A model generated the notes under the pieces. It was given only the letters and a program-made list of their open reading frames with translations. It had not been told where the DNA came from and made no database searches. Of a stretch of 64,000 bases of DNA, positions 36,340 through 48,160 are shown piece after piece; position 1 is the first letter of the stretch, and the number at the start of each line of letters is the position of its first letter. The position numbers and the translations under genes are program-made. This DNA is from Tilletiaria anomala UBC 951. Lineage: Eukaryota. The stretch lies in the NCBI RefSeq assembly GCF_000711695.1, contig NW_013547016.1, positions 62,001 through 126,000 on the forward strand, given 5' to 3'.

Positions 36340-39078
36340 GCGGAGGCTCATGCACGTTCGCTTTGTGCTGCACAGCGTTCCTCCACTCCCAACTGCGTGA
36401 TCACCATTGCTGCCCATTCCAACACCAACAAACCAAATCCCACCGATTGGGACTTGGGTTTCCAGTGCACCCCTCCCTTTTTCCCGGGGCCGTGTTCGGG
36501 CATTGCATACATACCTCCCCCTATTCGGGCTCTCGCCTCCGCAGCACTGATTCAGGGACACAATGCGTGAGAGCGGCTTCACAGGTTCTTTTAATTGTTT
36601 TGCGTAGATGCCGACCATCATCACACGGACGTTTGGGATGAAATACGATTTTCGTCATTCGCTTGTAAAAGAGATTGCACTGATGTGCTGCATTGACCTA
36701 TTTTTTCGCACTCTAAGTTGAGGCTGAGAAGGCTCATTTGTTTGCTGGGCTCGTGCGTGCTGCGGTTGCTGCGGGAGTCAGTGGCGATTAGCCCCCGGAA
36801 GGAGGGTGCGTGAGACGCTCGACGCTTCAACTTCCTCAGATTCTCCCACATCTAAGCGGCATGAAGCGGTCCGCGCATTTATTTGGGATTTTCTGCTTTG
36901 GTGAGGTATGAGAATTGGAGGGCTGACTATATAATACTGCCAGGCACACAAGTTTGCCGCAGCACGGTGCGCTCCTATTCCACGATTGAGAGGTGGAATC
37001 CAATCGTAGTCATCATTTGTTTGTTTACGATGCGCGAGGCACGAACGGACTCGCCGGTGGCGCCTCTCAGCGCGTGCATCAGGCGTTGATGAGCTCGGCC
37101 GAAGGCACACTTGATTGCACGCACGGACGCGGCAGATTTAAATGTACGTCCATCGCAGTACGTGCGTAATATATTATAGGATCGCAGTCCATGTCGTCCT
37201 CCCGGCATATGCCCGATGCCAATGTAGACGGCGGAGAGAAGCGAGGTATCTGAAAAGTCTACACAAGTGCATGCACGACTGCGCGTGGCGGGCTGCCTGA
37301 CTTCTTGGGTCATCGTGAAAGAAAGAAACATCGCGCCGCCGCGATGGGGCCCGCTGGACTTGGCAATTGGCAACTGTGGCATCAACGAAGGGTTCTCGAT
37401 ACCCCTCTCAAAAGCAATTGGCTTGCCTGCCTGCTGGCTGTCCCGCTGTCGATTTGCAATTGCCTTGGGCTTTGGAGGATGAAGAAGTGAAGAATCAGAT
37501 GTATCCGCGTGCCTGGCTGGGTAGCAGCCGGCAGGCTTTCACTGCTCACATGATAGAAGGGTGCAACGCTACAGCGCCTTGGGATCTCAGGCTCCCCTGG
37601 ATGTTTGAGACATGCGGCTTACATGACGGAGCGCTAAGCACGCAGCAGCAATTAGCACGCTGGGGGCGCAAACGGCCTGCGCACGAAGCGCTTGAGAGCA
37701 CGATCCAAAAGGGCGAGCGACAAGGTAACACCACTCTTTCGCGAAACGCCTGTGGAGAAGTCTCCTGCAGGCTTGCTTGGTTCATGGCTGCTGCTGCACT
37801 TACGGGAGCGGTGGTCCGTTTTTTGTTGGAACATCTTTCCAGTCTGCTGGGGCAATTGGTTGCAGGTCTACGAACGCACGGTCCGTCTGAGCGCGCATCA
37901 AGGCTGAGTTCATGCGCCCATGCGATGGTCACATAGAGCATATGGTTTCAACAAGGATTTCTCCATGTCGCGATACGTAGAGGCACGCGTAACAGATAAG
38001 ACCCGAGTCAACCTCTTTTCTCTCTCTCTCCTGTGCGCTCTTTCGTTTGGCGACAGTGACCCGATCGGCCTACCCATCGAGGTCGGTTCTTCATTGACGT
38101 CGGTTGAGCAGGCCTGCGGATATGCATCTGATAGAGCAACCTCGAGTCGGTGTACCGAAGGCCAATCTGTCCCTGGCGGGAGCATGCATCACCCTTCGAC
38201 TGCGGAGAGAGGAACTGTCAGAGTTTTCCAGATTCTAGTAGAGAGCACTGGGTGAGTGTCTTCAAGAGGGCTGGCTTCACTCACGCATTGGGTCTGTGTA
38301 GGTTGACCCACTACGCTGAATTGCACTGGAGCAGTGTTACCAGTGGCGCGCGCTAGTCCGGCGGCTTCACCAGCCCAGTCAGCTCAGCCCAGCGAGAAAG
38401 AGGGCGACGGCCAGAGTCAAGTGAGTGGCGTGCTGCCCCCCCAAAAGTCAGAGTAAGCCACACATCGTGCCGCCATCCTATCCCACACAGCACACACGCT
38501 CAGCATGGTCACTAAACGTCGAGCGCATCTCGTAACTATGGCTGGAATAGGTTCTCCGCTTTCAGCCACACCTCGTCTCCTCATCACGTCAAACCCACGC
38601 TGCACTAAGGCCAGCAAGAACCCTGGCTACCCCCGCCTGGCTTTGCATCCATCCCTCCATTCACCCATCCATCTCTCCTCTTGCCACGGGGCAAGGGCGG
38701 GCCAGCGCCAGCGCTATTGTCACTCGTCCGGTTGCGGCTTGGCTCTGGTTGCACCGTTGACCCGATCAACGCATCTATCCATCCCTCCTTCCAACACATA
38801 TCACGCAAAAGCAGCAGCTTGGGCACGTCCAGATGCAGGCCGCACTGCACCCTTGCTGCTGCTTCTTCTCCTTGTCGCCACGCAGTTCGTGAAGACCCCG
38901 TCACGCACACCTGCCCTTGGCAGCAGAATAAGATTCTGAGCACGACGCGCGCCGCCCTTCTTTTCTTTGCGCACAGTGCGCCCCTGTAGACGGAGGAAGA
39001 GGAAAAGGGGCGGACAAGGGAGGCCAAAAGCAACTTACCTGTTGCCGAAGGTAGCCGTGCGGGCGGGTGGTAGGTAAC

Positions 39079-39244
39079 ATGGCGAACAACTATGGGTCTG
39101 CCGGAGGTAGCGGCGGTGGTGGCTTTGACTGGAACGCTCTCTTCCTCAGCAGCGGGTTCATGCCTGGCAATGGTGCAGCCGGCGGAGCAAACGCGAACGG
39201 CGTCGGTATCAACGCTGCTGGTACTTTAGGATATCAGCAGCAGC

Positions 39245-39284
<40 letters not shown>

Positions 39285-42200
39285 GCAGCAGCAGCTGCAG
39301 AGAATGGCGGGCATGATGGCCCAGCCATCTCCACATCCGCATCCACAACAGCAACACCCTCACGCCCAGCAGCAGGCAAACAGCGACCTGGCGGCCATGC
39401 TCGCTAGCTTCAACCAGCAGAACCCGCAACAGCAACAACAACAGCAGGTCATGCAAGGCATGTTCAACAACAATTCATTGCAAAGTTACGCCATGGCTGC
39501 TCCCGGCGGTACCAGCGGTGGGGCGAGCGCGTCAGGAGCAGGAGCGGGGGCCGCGGCCGCTGGGTCCATAGGCCTCATGGGGTTTCCGCAGCAGGCCCAG
39601 CATGCTCTTCAGCAGCAGCAGGCGGCGCTGTCGCAATTCGGCTCCTCGCAGCAACAGCAGGGCCAGCAGCAGCGTCAGCAACCCATGGCTCAACAGCAGC
39701 AGCAACGACAACAAAAGCAGCCACAGCCGCAGCAGCAAATGGCTGCGGGCGGCATGCTGCCGTGGCAACAACAGCAGCAGCAGCCCACTCATACGAACCA
39801 CAGTGCAGCTGCGGCGGCTGCCGCTGCCGCAGCGGGCTTATCGGCACAGCAGCGCGTACAGCAACAGCAGATGATGTCTGGTTCTGCGGCAGTGGCGGCA
39901 GCCGCTGCAGCGGTGCAGGGGCGATCGCTGATGCAGCAGCCACAAGGCGCCCCTGCTCAACATGCGCAGCAGCACATGCCATTCATGACTTCGCAGCAGC
40001 CAGGCGCTGCTCAGCAGCAGGGCGGCGCAAGTGCGATGAGCATGATTGCTCGTCAGCAGCAGGCGCAGCAGAAGGTGCCAGGCCAGCAATCACAGCCACA
40101 GCAGCAGCAACCGCCTGTGCTAGGGCTTGGTCCAATGCAGAGCACTCCGGCCCAGTTGGCCGGCTGGCTGACCCGCGCTGGAGCCGGCGTCACGGGAAAG
40201 GACATGTCGGATGCACAGCGTGCTCAGGTGAGCTCGGCGTTTTGTCGTCACTCTCATTGCCTGCGTCGCATTTCTTCTCGTGCGGCTGTGCTGACCCAGG
40301 ATTCGCCCCCTCCCCTCACCCTCTTTTTCCTTTTGGAACCGTGTTTGCAGCTGCAGGCTGCGATAGAGAAGCAGCGCCAGCAGCAGCAAAACCAGCAGCG
40401 CGGCTTCCAGCAGCAGTACAATGTGGTCTCCACGACGGGAAACGGGCCGGCCGCTTCTGGCAGCATGGGCATGTTCACCATGCCCGACTTTTCTGGCGGT
40501 CGGCAACAGCAGCAGCAGCAGGCGCCACATCAACCGTCGCATCCGCAACAGCAGCCACCCGTGCAGGGTGGCCAGGCGCAGCCGGGCATGACGCCGCAGG
40601 CTCAGTACGCGGCGCTCGCGTCGCAGAACCCCGAGGCTTTCGTCAACATGCTCAAGCAGCGCATGTTGGGCATGCGCGAGAAGCTATCGCAGACGAGCGG
40701 CCAGCAGCGCGCCATGCTCGAGAAGAACATCAACGACGCACAGAACATGCTCAACACCATGCGTGTACGCATGGCCCAGCACATGCAGCAGCAGCTCGCG
40801 TCGCAGGGTCAGGGCCAGGGCCAGGCACCGCCCACCGCCGCCACTGCCGCGGCTGCTGCAGGTGCCGGCGCAGGCGGCGTGGGCGCGGGGCCTGCGGTGA
40901 GCCCGCAGCAGCAGCACCTGCAAGCAGCGCGCCCGCCGCCGATGAGCGCCATGGGCGCCATCACGCGGCCATCGCCTCAGCTCGGCCGGCCGGTGTTCAG
41001 CCCGCCGTCGGCTGCGGGCACGCCCATGTTGCAACAGCAGGGCAGCCCTCTCCTTCAGCAGCACCAGCCGCCGCCGCCAAGCAATACTGCACCGTCGCCT
41101 TCGCAGCGCAGCCAGACCAGCAAGGTTGGCACACCCAGTGCGGCCACGGTGTTGGCGTCCGGGAGCAACAGCACTGTTGCAGCCGCAGCGATTGCCGGCC
41201 TGCCGGACCTGTCCGAGGAAAAGTTCAAGCGCGCGCTGAACGATATCATGGCCAAGCGCGGCACGCCGATCAGCTCGCAGCCCATGGCGGGCGGCAAGCC
41301 GCTGGACTTGTACAAGCTCTACACGATCGTGCACAACCTGGGCGGCAGCGAGGCGGTGCAGCGCAACAACCAGTGGGTCAGCGTCGTCGCCGCGCTCGAC
41401 CTCGCACCACCAAGCTCGGCGATGGCGATGACGCTGGCGCTCCAGGTGAGCCAGCAGTTCAAGAGCCTCATCGTCCCGTTCGAGGAGACGTGGACCAAGG
41501 CCATGAACCATATGAAGGAGCAGGAGGAGTTCATGGCCCGCATGCAGCAAGGCGGCATGCCCCTCATGCCTGGCCAGCCGCCACAGCAGGTGCAAGCTCA
41601 GCAGCCACAGCTACAGCCTCCGCTGCTGCCTGCTGGTCCCCCGCCGAAACTCAGCCAGGAACAGCTTGCATCAATGGGCGTCACGCAAGAGCAGTTCGAG
41701 ACTGTTTACATCAACCAGCAGCGCATGCGCATGCAGCAACAGCAGCAACAACAACAACAACAACAGCAAACCCCGGAGCTACAGATGCGCATCCAACAAC
41801 AGCATCAGCAGCGCCAAGAGCAGCTTGCAGCCGTGGCACAGTTGCAGGCGGGCGCTGGTGCTGGTGGAGCAGGTGCAGCCCAGCCTGGTGGACCCATGGC
41901 CTCGCTCATGCCGCCGCCTATGGCGCAGCAGCAGCAGCAACAACAACAACATTGGGCGGCGCAGCAACAGCAGAATACCGGGCAGCCCGGCCAGGCGCCA
42001 GGGCCTCAGCAGCAGCAGGGTAGTCAGGTGCAGGCACCGGGGACGTGGCAGGTCAACTCGAGCGGGTTCCCACCTGCCAAATCGCCGGTGACACCGGAGA
42101 TGCTCGAGAATGCGAGAAGAACCATCGCGTTGATGGAGGAGGAGGCTTTGCGGGATAAGAGTGAGTGCAATTGTTGCGCTTTTGTTCATTGTCTCACAGG

Positions 42201-44118
42201 GAGCTTGCTGACGCGCTGTGTTTCGTCCTTCCTAGAACCCTGGCCACCCGTGGCAGACATGTCCGAACAGGAGCGCCAAGTTGTCTTGGCGCAAATCGCT
42301 CGCATTGGGACGCTGGAGCGCATGGTCTCTGCATTGATGCCCGCGTTCTTTGCGATGAACGGCAACGTCCTCGCAACGCAGAAGCTGACAGCGATGCTAT
42401 TCGTCCTGCGCGACCAGATGCGCATGGCCGAGTCCGGCCAGTGCATCCTGCGCAGTACGGACCTGGAGAAGATGAAGATGCAAATGACACGGTGCATCTA
42501 CTTCGTTAAAAGCAGCAACCCCGAATTGGCGCGGCAGGTCATCGAGGAGAAAGGCCTCCGCGACTTTGTGGGCGCCTGGGCAAACTCGTCTTCGCAGCAA
42601 CAACAGCAGCAACAGCAACAGCAACAGCAGACCAGCGCGTGGCAGCAGCAACAGCAGCATGCAGCTCAGCAGGCTCCTCAGCAGCAGCAGCAGCCGTCGA
42701 TCAGTCGTGGACCCTTAAGAGGTCTGACCGCTAACGACTCGCCGAACCTCCAGGCTGCATCTGCTTCTGCATCCGACCTCGCACAGTCCGCTGCCAAGCG
42801 CACCTCTCGTGTCGAGGAGATCAAGCCGCCACCCGCCAAGCGTACGAAGATGGCCAAGTCTGCTTCTTCCGCCTCGATCGCCGCAACCTCTGCGCCTGCG
42901 GACTCTAGTCCGGTTGCTGCCGCTGCAACGTCCGACACGCCGCCGTCCGCGGACAACTCCGGGTCGCCTCAAGCCAAAGGCAGCGCCAAGAAGGGCGCCA
43001 AGGGCGGCTCTGCTGCCGCTAAGGGCAAAGGCCCTGCGGCTATGAAGAGAGGGAAGGCAGCAGCAGCAGTCACTACTGCTACTGCGGTGGCGGCGACAGC
43101 AGCGAACAAGGACAACGAGGCTAGCAAGGAGACAGAGACGGCGAAAAAGTCGCGTGCGGACATCGTGGCCGATGTCAAGGGCGACATGGCCAACGACGAA
43201 GAGCGCAAGAAGCGCGACGGCACTCTAGGTGCGCTTTCCGTACAGGAATCGCAAATGCGCGCGCTCGAAGAGGGGCAGGCGAGGCAGCAGCGAGACAAGG
43301 AGCTATCTGAAAAGGACCCTGCCGCATTTGTCGAGCAGGCCTTCCAGGATTACCTGTCCTCACAGCCTGCGCCGTCCCACAATCCGTTCGGCGGCCCTTT
43401 CGGGTCCACCATGAACATCGGAAGCATGGCTTTGCCAGCAGCCAGTGGTGCAGACTCGAAAGGGTTCGACTCGCTGCTCGCGATGCTTGGCCAGGACAAC
43501 AGTGCTTCCGGCGGCACCGCAGCTATCAGCATGTCGAATCCGCTTCTATCCATATCAGGCACCGACAGCATTCGACAGCAGCTAGATGCGCAAGCATCTG
43601 CGGATATCGACCTCTTCGACTTCATCGATGTCGACGCCATGGGACCTGAGACCTTTCGAGACTTTTCAGCCTTGACGTCAGGGGCAACAGCAGCGACCGG
43701 TCTCGGTCTGTTTGAGGACGGGTCGATCGCAACGCCGGACCTGGGTGACAGCTCTCGCATGACCTCCTCCAGCTCTGCAGCTCCGACGCCAGCACTGTCC
43801 TCCTCTGCCACCAACTCCGCAGTTCGAAGCAAGCTCTCCTCTGAAATGGCAGCAGCTGGATTCGACATGAGCTCGGCGAGTCCTTTTGGGATAGCCGCTG
43901 ACAGCAGCGATGAGGGCGAACCCAGTCCGACCGACGGTGTCTCCCTTTTGGGCGGCGCCGTCGCCATGGCAAAGGATTCGGTCTCTCTCAACGATAGGTC
44001 AAAAGGTGACGAGCAGGCATCTTTTGGCACTATTGCTGGCAGCGGCGGTAATGACAACTGGTTCGACGCGAACCACTTCCTCGGCAACGAGCAGCCTTGG
44101 GCGCTGTTGAGCTCGTAA
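39079..44118 (+). CDS. Large Gln-rich nuclear protein with an ARID domain and a Med15/Gal11-like helical region. Probable introns 40228-40350 and 42161-42235
   Basis: ARID-like FKRALNDIMAKRGTPI...GGKPLDLYKLYTIVHNLGGSEAV...WVSVVAALDL...LIVPFE at about 41209-41493. Many poly-Q tracts, basic NLS-like motifs and an acidic C-terminus. Confidence 0.85.
39235..39294 (+). repeat. (CAA/CAG)20 trinucleotide tract encoding poly-Q
   Basis: Read directly from the sequence. Further CAR tracts occur near 41734, 41926 and 42595. Confidence 0.95.
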
Positions 44119-44416
44119 GCTCTGGCACACTCCTCCCTTACCTCCCTTCCATCGGTTTCTCTCCCCTCCCATGCAATGTGGGGCCTGCTGCCTTTTATCT
44201 CCTTTCTTTTCTCTCGGTTCATCTTGACTGCAAATCACCATCGTCGTCGTAATGCATGCAATCCGCTTCCCTCGTTACAACGCTCGAATTCACTTTGTCA
44301 AAAGATACCGAATTTTCTGCTAGCGCGCAAGGGCACATGTACTACTGTAACATATACCTGCTTTCGGGCTGTATTAGCTGGCTATGATCCGTTCACATTC
44401 CAGTTTTTCTTCTATG

Positions 44417-47400
44417 CTACATGGCTCTTGCGAAGCTCCAGACTTGCACAGTCTCCTCATCACGGATCGTGGTCGTGTTGCTGCTACCGTTACCGCTGAA
44501 ACGATGCTCCACCGAACAGACCGACACGATCTTGTCGAAGGATGTGCTCACGTAGCGGATGATGCTGCGTGGAATGTCGTGAGTCAAGAGGCTAGAGCTG
44601 AGCTGACGGCGCTTGCATCGCCGAATCGATGTGTCTGTTGAGGAGTAATGCTCGTCACCTAATTCTGTGCTCCGCTTGGTGAAATGCAGAGCGGCCAAAG
44701 AGGGCAAAGACCCTTGCTGGAGCGCTTCGCGACTTTCAAACAAGGTCGCGGCGCCTATGCTCTCCACTGGATTGGATCCGCCTTCCTGATCGGAAGATGA
44801 GGAGGATCCCACATCGTCCTCTTGAACCTCCGCCATAGAGATGAACGGATAGTGCTGCAAAGAACGACTACGGACGCTGCGCGGTACTGGAGGCGTTGGA
44901 ACGGTAAGCGTGATGACATGGCGCACGTGCTCAAGCGTTGCACATGAAGCTCGCGCGGACATGTATGTCGTTGCAGCACTGTGACCATCCTCGCTGACGT
45001 CATCGTGGCTGCGGCCGGCCTTGTGATTGCTCAAAGTGGATTGAGCATTAGGCGACAAAGCACGCTGAGAAGATTGCTTTCGGCCCCGTGGCGCGTCATC
45101 ACTGTCCAGACTCCACACCATCACGCTACCGTCGTTGCTGCCACTGACCAAGCGCCCATCCTCGAGGGAGACGCTCTCTACGCTGCCTGTATGACCGTTG
45201 ACGGAGCCGCGATGCAGCAATTTGAACCCGCCGCGGGTGCTAAAGCTATCAGGACTTGCTGCTGCTGCAGACTTGGGGCAAAGGACACGCATGCCGCCGA
45301 CAAGCTCATACACCTCTAGCAGGTTGTCCTGCGAGCCAACAACGACGAATGGCTCCTCGAACGTGATGCTCAATATCCGTTTCGAAGCACGTTGCAGCGT
45401 CGGGGAAGGATGTTGCGCCACAATCAGCCTTTGCGCGTACCCTGGACCGGACCGCGCAAGCCCTCCAGTGTGCAGAGGCAATAACGCCGCCCAACTGCCT
45501 AGCAAGGTTCCAGTGTTACGGTTGCGACCATCCGCTGCCGCCTCTGATGCTGGAGGAAACGCAGAGTGGTGCATCCTGAAAATGCTAGAACCACGTGTAT
45601 CGAGGGGAGTCTTCTGGTAGCGAGGCAAAGCTGTGGCATGACGGCTGCCAGCGATGCTGAAACGCGGCTTGTTAGCGTCTCCTGTGAAGTCCAGACGCAT
45701 GATGACCTCTTGAAGACCAACAGTGAAGGCGGAGGGATAAGAGGGCGTGCAATATGCAACATAGAGTTTGTAGGCTTCATTGCTCGGCGAACTGGTTGTA
45801 TCATCCTCGCTCTCGATGAATGGAATTCGGCGAAGTGATAAAGAGGCAGGCCACCAACTTATAAAGCTTTTCAGCGTCTGTTGCAACTGCAGTTGCGCGG
45901 TTCCTCTGCACGTGTGCGGATTCGTGGCGGCAGTGGTCGTGGCGAGGTGGAAAATTGTTAGACGAAAGTCGCGCGTGCATGCCACGAGCAACGAATCGCG
46001 GAAGGCGGACGCCACGACGGTCGAATCGTCGTTGTCGCCTTTCATTTGCAGGATCGGGGGGGCCCACATAGCCTCGACGCGGACCCGAGTCAGATCGTCA
46101 AGTGGGTACTGTGATTTCGGGTTGGTGTTAAAATTCACCCGATATATGACGATATGGCCAGTCGTGTAGCACACCATCAGTCGTTGTGCTGCGTTTTCAA
46201 AGGCCTGATGGTCGCCATCAGTAGCTTCAACCAATCCTGATGCATCCACTCGTATGTGTGAGATTCCAAGCCTGCACGACTGCGCATGTGACTTTGCGAG
46301 GTGCTGCAAGCAGTCTTCCAGCACCGATCCGCTGTCGATGGTGGCGAAAGGGTTCAAAGAAAACTTCCGTCCGTCCAGGTCATCGTCGGGTGCAGCTGCA
46401 CGGGATGTTGTGCCGGTCTGTGAATCGGCAAGATAGACTTGGACCGAAGGTCCTCGGTTGCGACTGTCCCCAGTGCTTGAAGAGGCGATGTCCACCGTGT
46501 GAAGTGACCGATCAGCAGTGAAGATCAAGTGTGATGATGTTTGAACCAGAGTTCGCAGCCGATACGGTTCGCCCTCAAACTCTTGGTCAGCTACTTCATT
46601 CACTGCGTCATCCCTTGTGGACGGAAGCTTTGCAGACTGTGAAGCCAACGAGGAGGCGTGATTTGAAGAGCCGTTTTCAGTTTCTTGATCTTTCCTACGT
46701 CGCTTGCCAATCACTGCAGCTGTACCACTGATCCCAGCGTCAAACTCAAAGCGAGCGACAGCACCAGCTTGCTGGGATAATTGAGACAATGATGCGGGGG
46801 AAATGGTGGGTTGTACTTTGCCTCCAGGATCAGCTTCTGTGGCCTTTTCCTCATCCGTGAGATTTCGCACACTGTACACCCCTGCACTCCAGCAATACAA
46901 GACCTCGTATAATTGCTTCCAGTCGAGACTCTTGTTGCGCATAGCGGCTTCCACCTCGGCTTCGTCGGAAGAGTTCAATGGAACATCTTTCTCGACGGAT
47001 GCGGGCGATATCACAGTTGCGTTTTGCAACAGGGTAGATCGATAATATCTCGCTGGAAGACCGGCGACTAGCCTTGAGCTGTCGTCGAATAAAGCTGGAT
47101 AAGTTCTGATGTTTCCAGCTGAGCTTCTGGACAGAATTTGTGGCGAAATTAAGTTGCGAAGCGCTTTGATTATCGGGAACCTTCGCATTCTAGACTCGAT
47201 CATGTCTTCCTCCTCCTTTCCCCCCTCCTCCTCTTCTTCCTCAATGTTGCCGCGTGCGCATTGTTTGCCTTTCTTATTTGGGTTGCGTCTAGATGCTGCG
47301 CTTCGACGGTGGCGACTGGACCGTCGAGAATGAGAATCTTTGTCGGCAAAAACGTGCTGGATCAAAAGACCCTTCCATACCTGATCTTGCACGGTCGTGT

Positions 47401-47651
47401 TCAAGTACCAATTATAATCAGCCTCAATGTATTACTTTCCCGAGAGTGTTACTACTCACACTATCATCCTGTGCAATATGCTGCAGTCTCACGCAAGTTC
47501 CCTGCAACGCGTTGATGTCTCTCGCTCTGGGGAGATACTGCGCAATGATCAAAAGAATCTCATCGGAGAGGTCGAGAAACAGGGTTGGCGATGGCTTTGG
47601 CATAGTCCCTCGCCTCCCTTGAGACGGCTCGCCAGTGTCCTCATTCACCAT
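44417..47651 (-). CDS. F-box / WD40-repeat protein (SCF substrate receptor-like). Intron 47459-47381; start uncertain (ATG 47651 or an upstream exon)
   Basis: F-box FLDLSDEILLIIAQYLPRARDINALQGTCVRLQHIAQDDS|VWK is split by a GTGAGT..CAG intron. WD40 repeat GHTGSVESVSLEDGRLVSGSNDGSVMVW. Confidence 0.85.
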
Positions 47652-48160
47652 TGCCTCGAAGCTGTCACGATCCAGACCTGCGAGTAAGGAGGATGAAGAC
47701 CTCGGGCGCGCCGATGGCGTAGTCCGTCTCGCGCCTGCAGCCGCGTCGTCGGCTGAGCGAATTGTGGGAGGAGCACCGGTCTTAGCCTCCACACGATTGG
47801 CACCAATGACTTATGCAAAGAAGCAGCCTGTTCTGCTCAAAGGTAGGGGTTGCGGTCCGTTGTACAGTGGATGAACAATGATTTAATGGACCACAGTGCT
47901 GGAAATGACATCCCTAATTCTTTTTGTGATATTCCTTTTCAAAAGGGGGGCATTTGATCACAGTCACTGGCACAAAAAGAAAGAATTGATCTTGATCAAT
48001 TATTGCAGCTGCAGGCTCGTCACTATCTCTCCTTGATGGCCATGGCATATGCAACACTTGTTAGTCCATCCAAAGGTGCGGTTGGCCTGAGAAGACAGCT
48101 TGCGGATACGTACCAGAATCTCCAACGCTGACGCCTCAGCCCCAAGGGGAGGAGTGGAGA

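Noticed and set aside
39762..42023. 753-aa alternative-frame ORF inside the ARID gene
   Set aside because: It is an Ala-rich shadow of CAG/GCA repeats in high-GC coding DNA, with no domain features.
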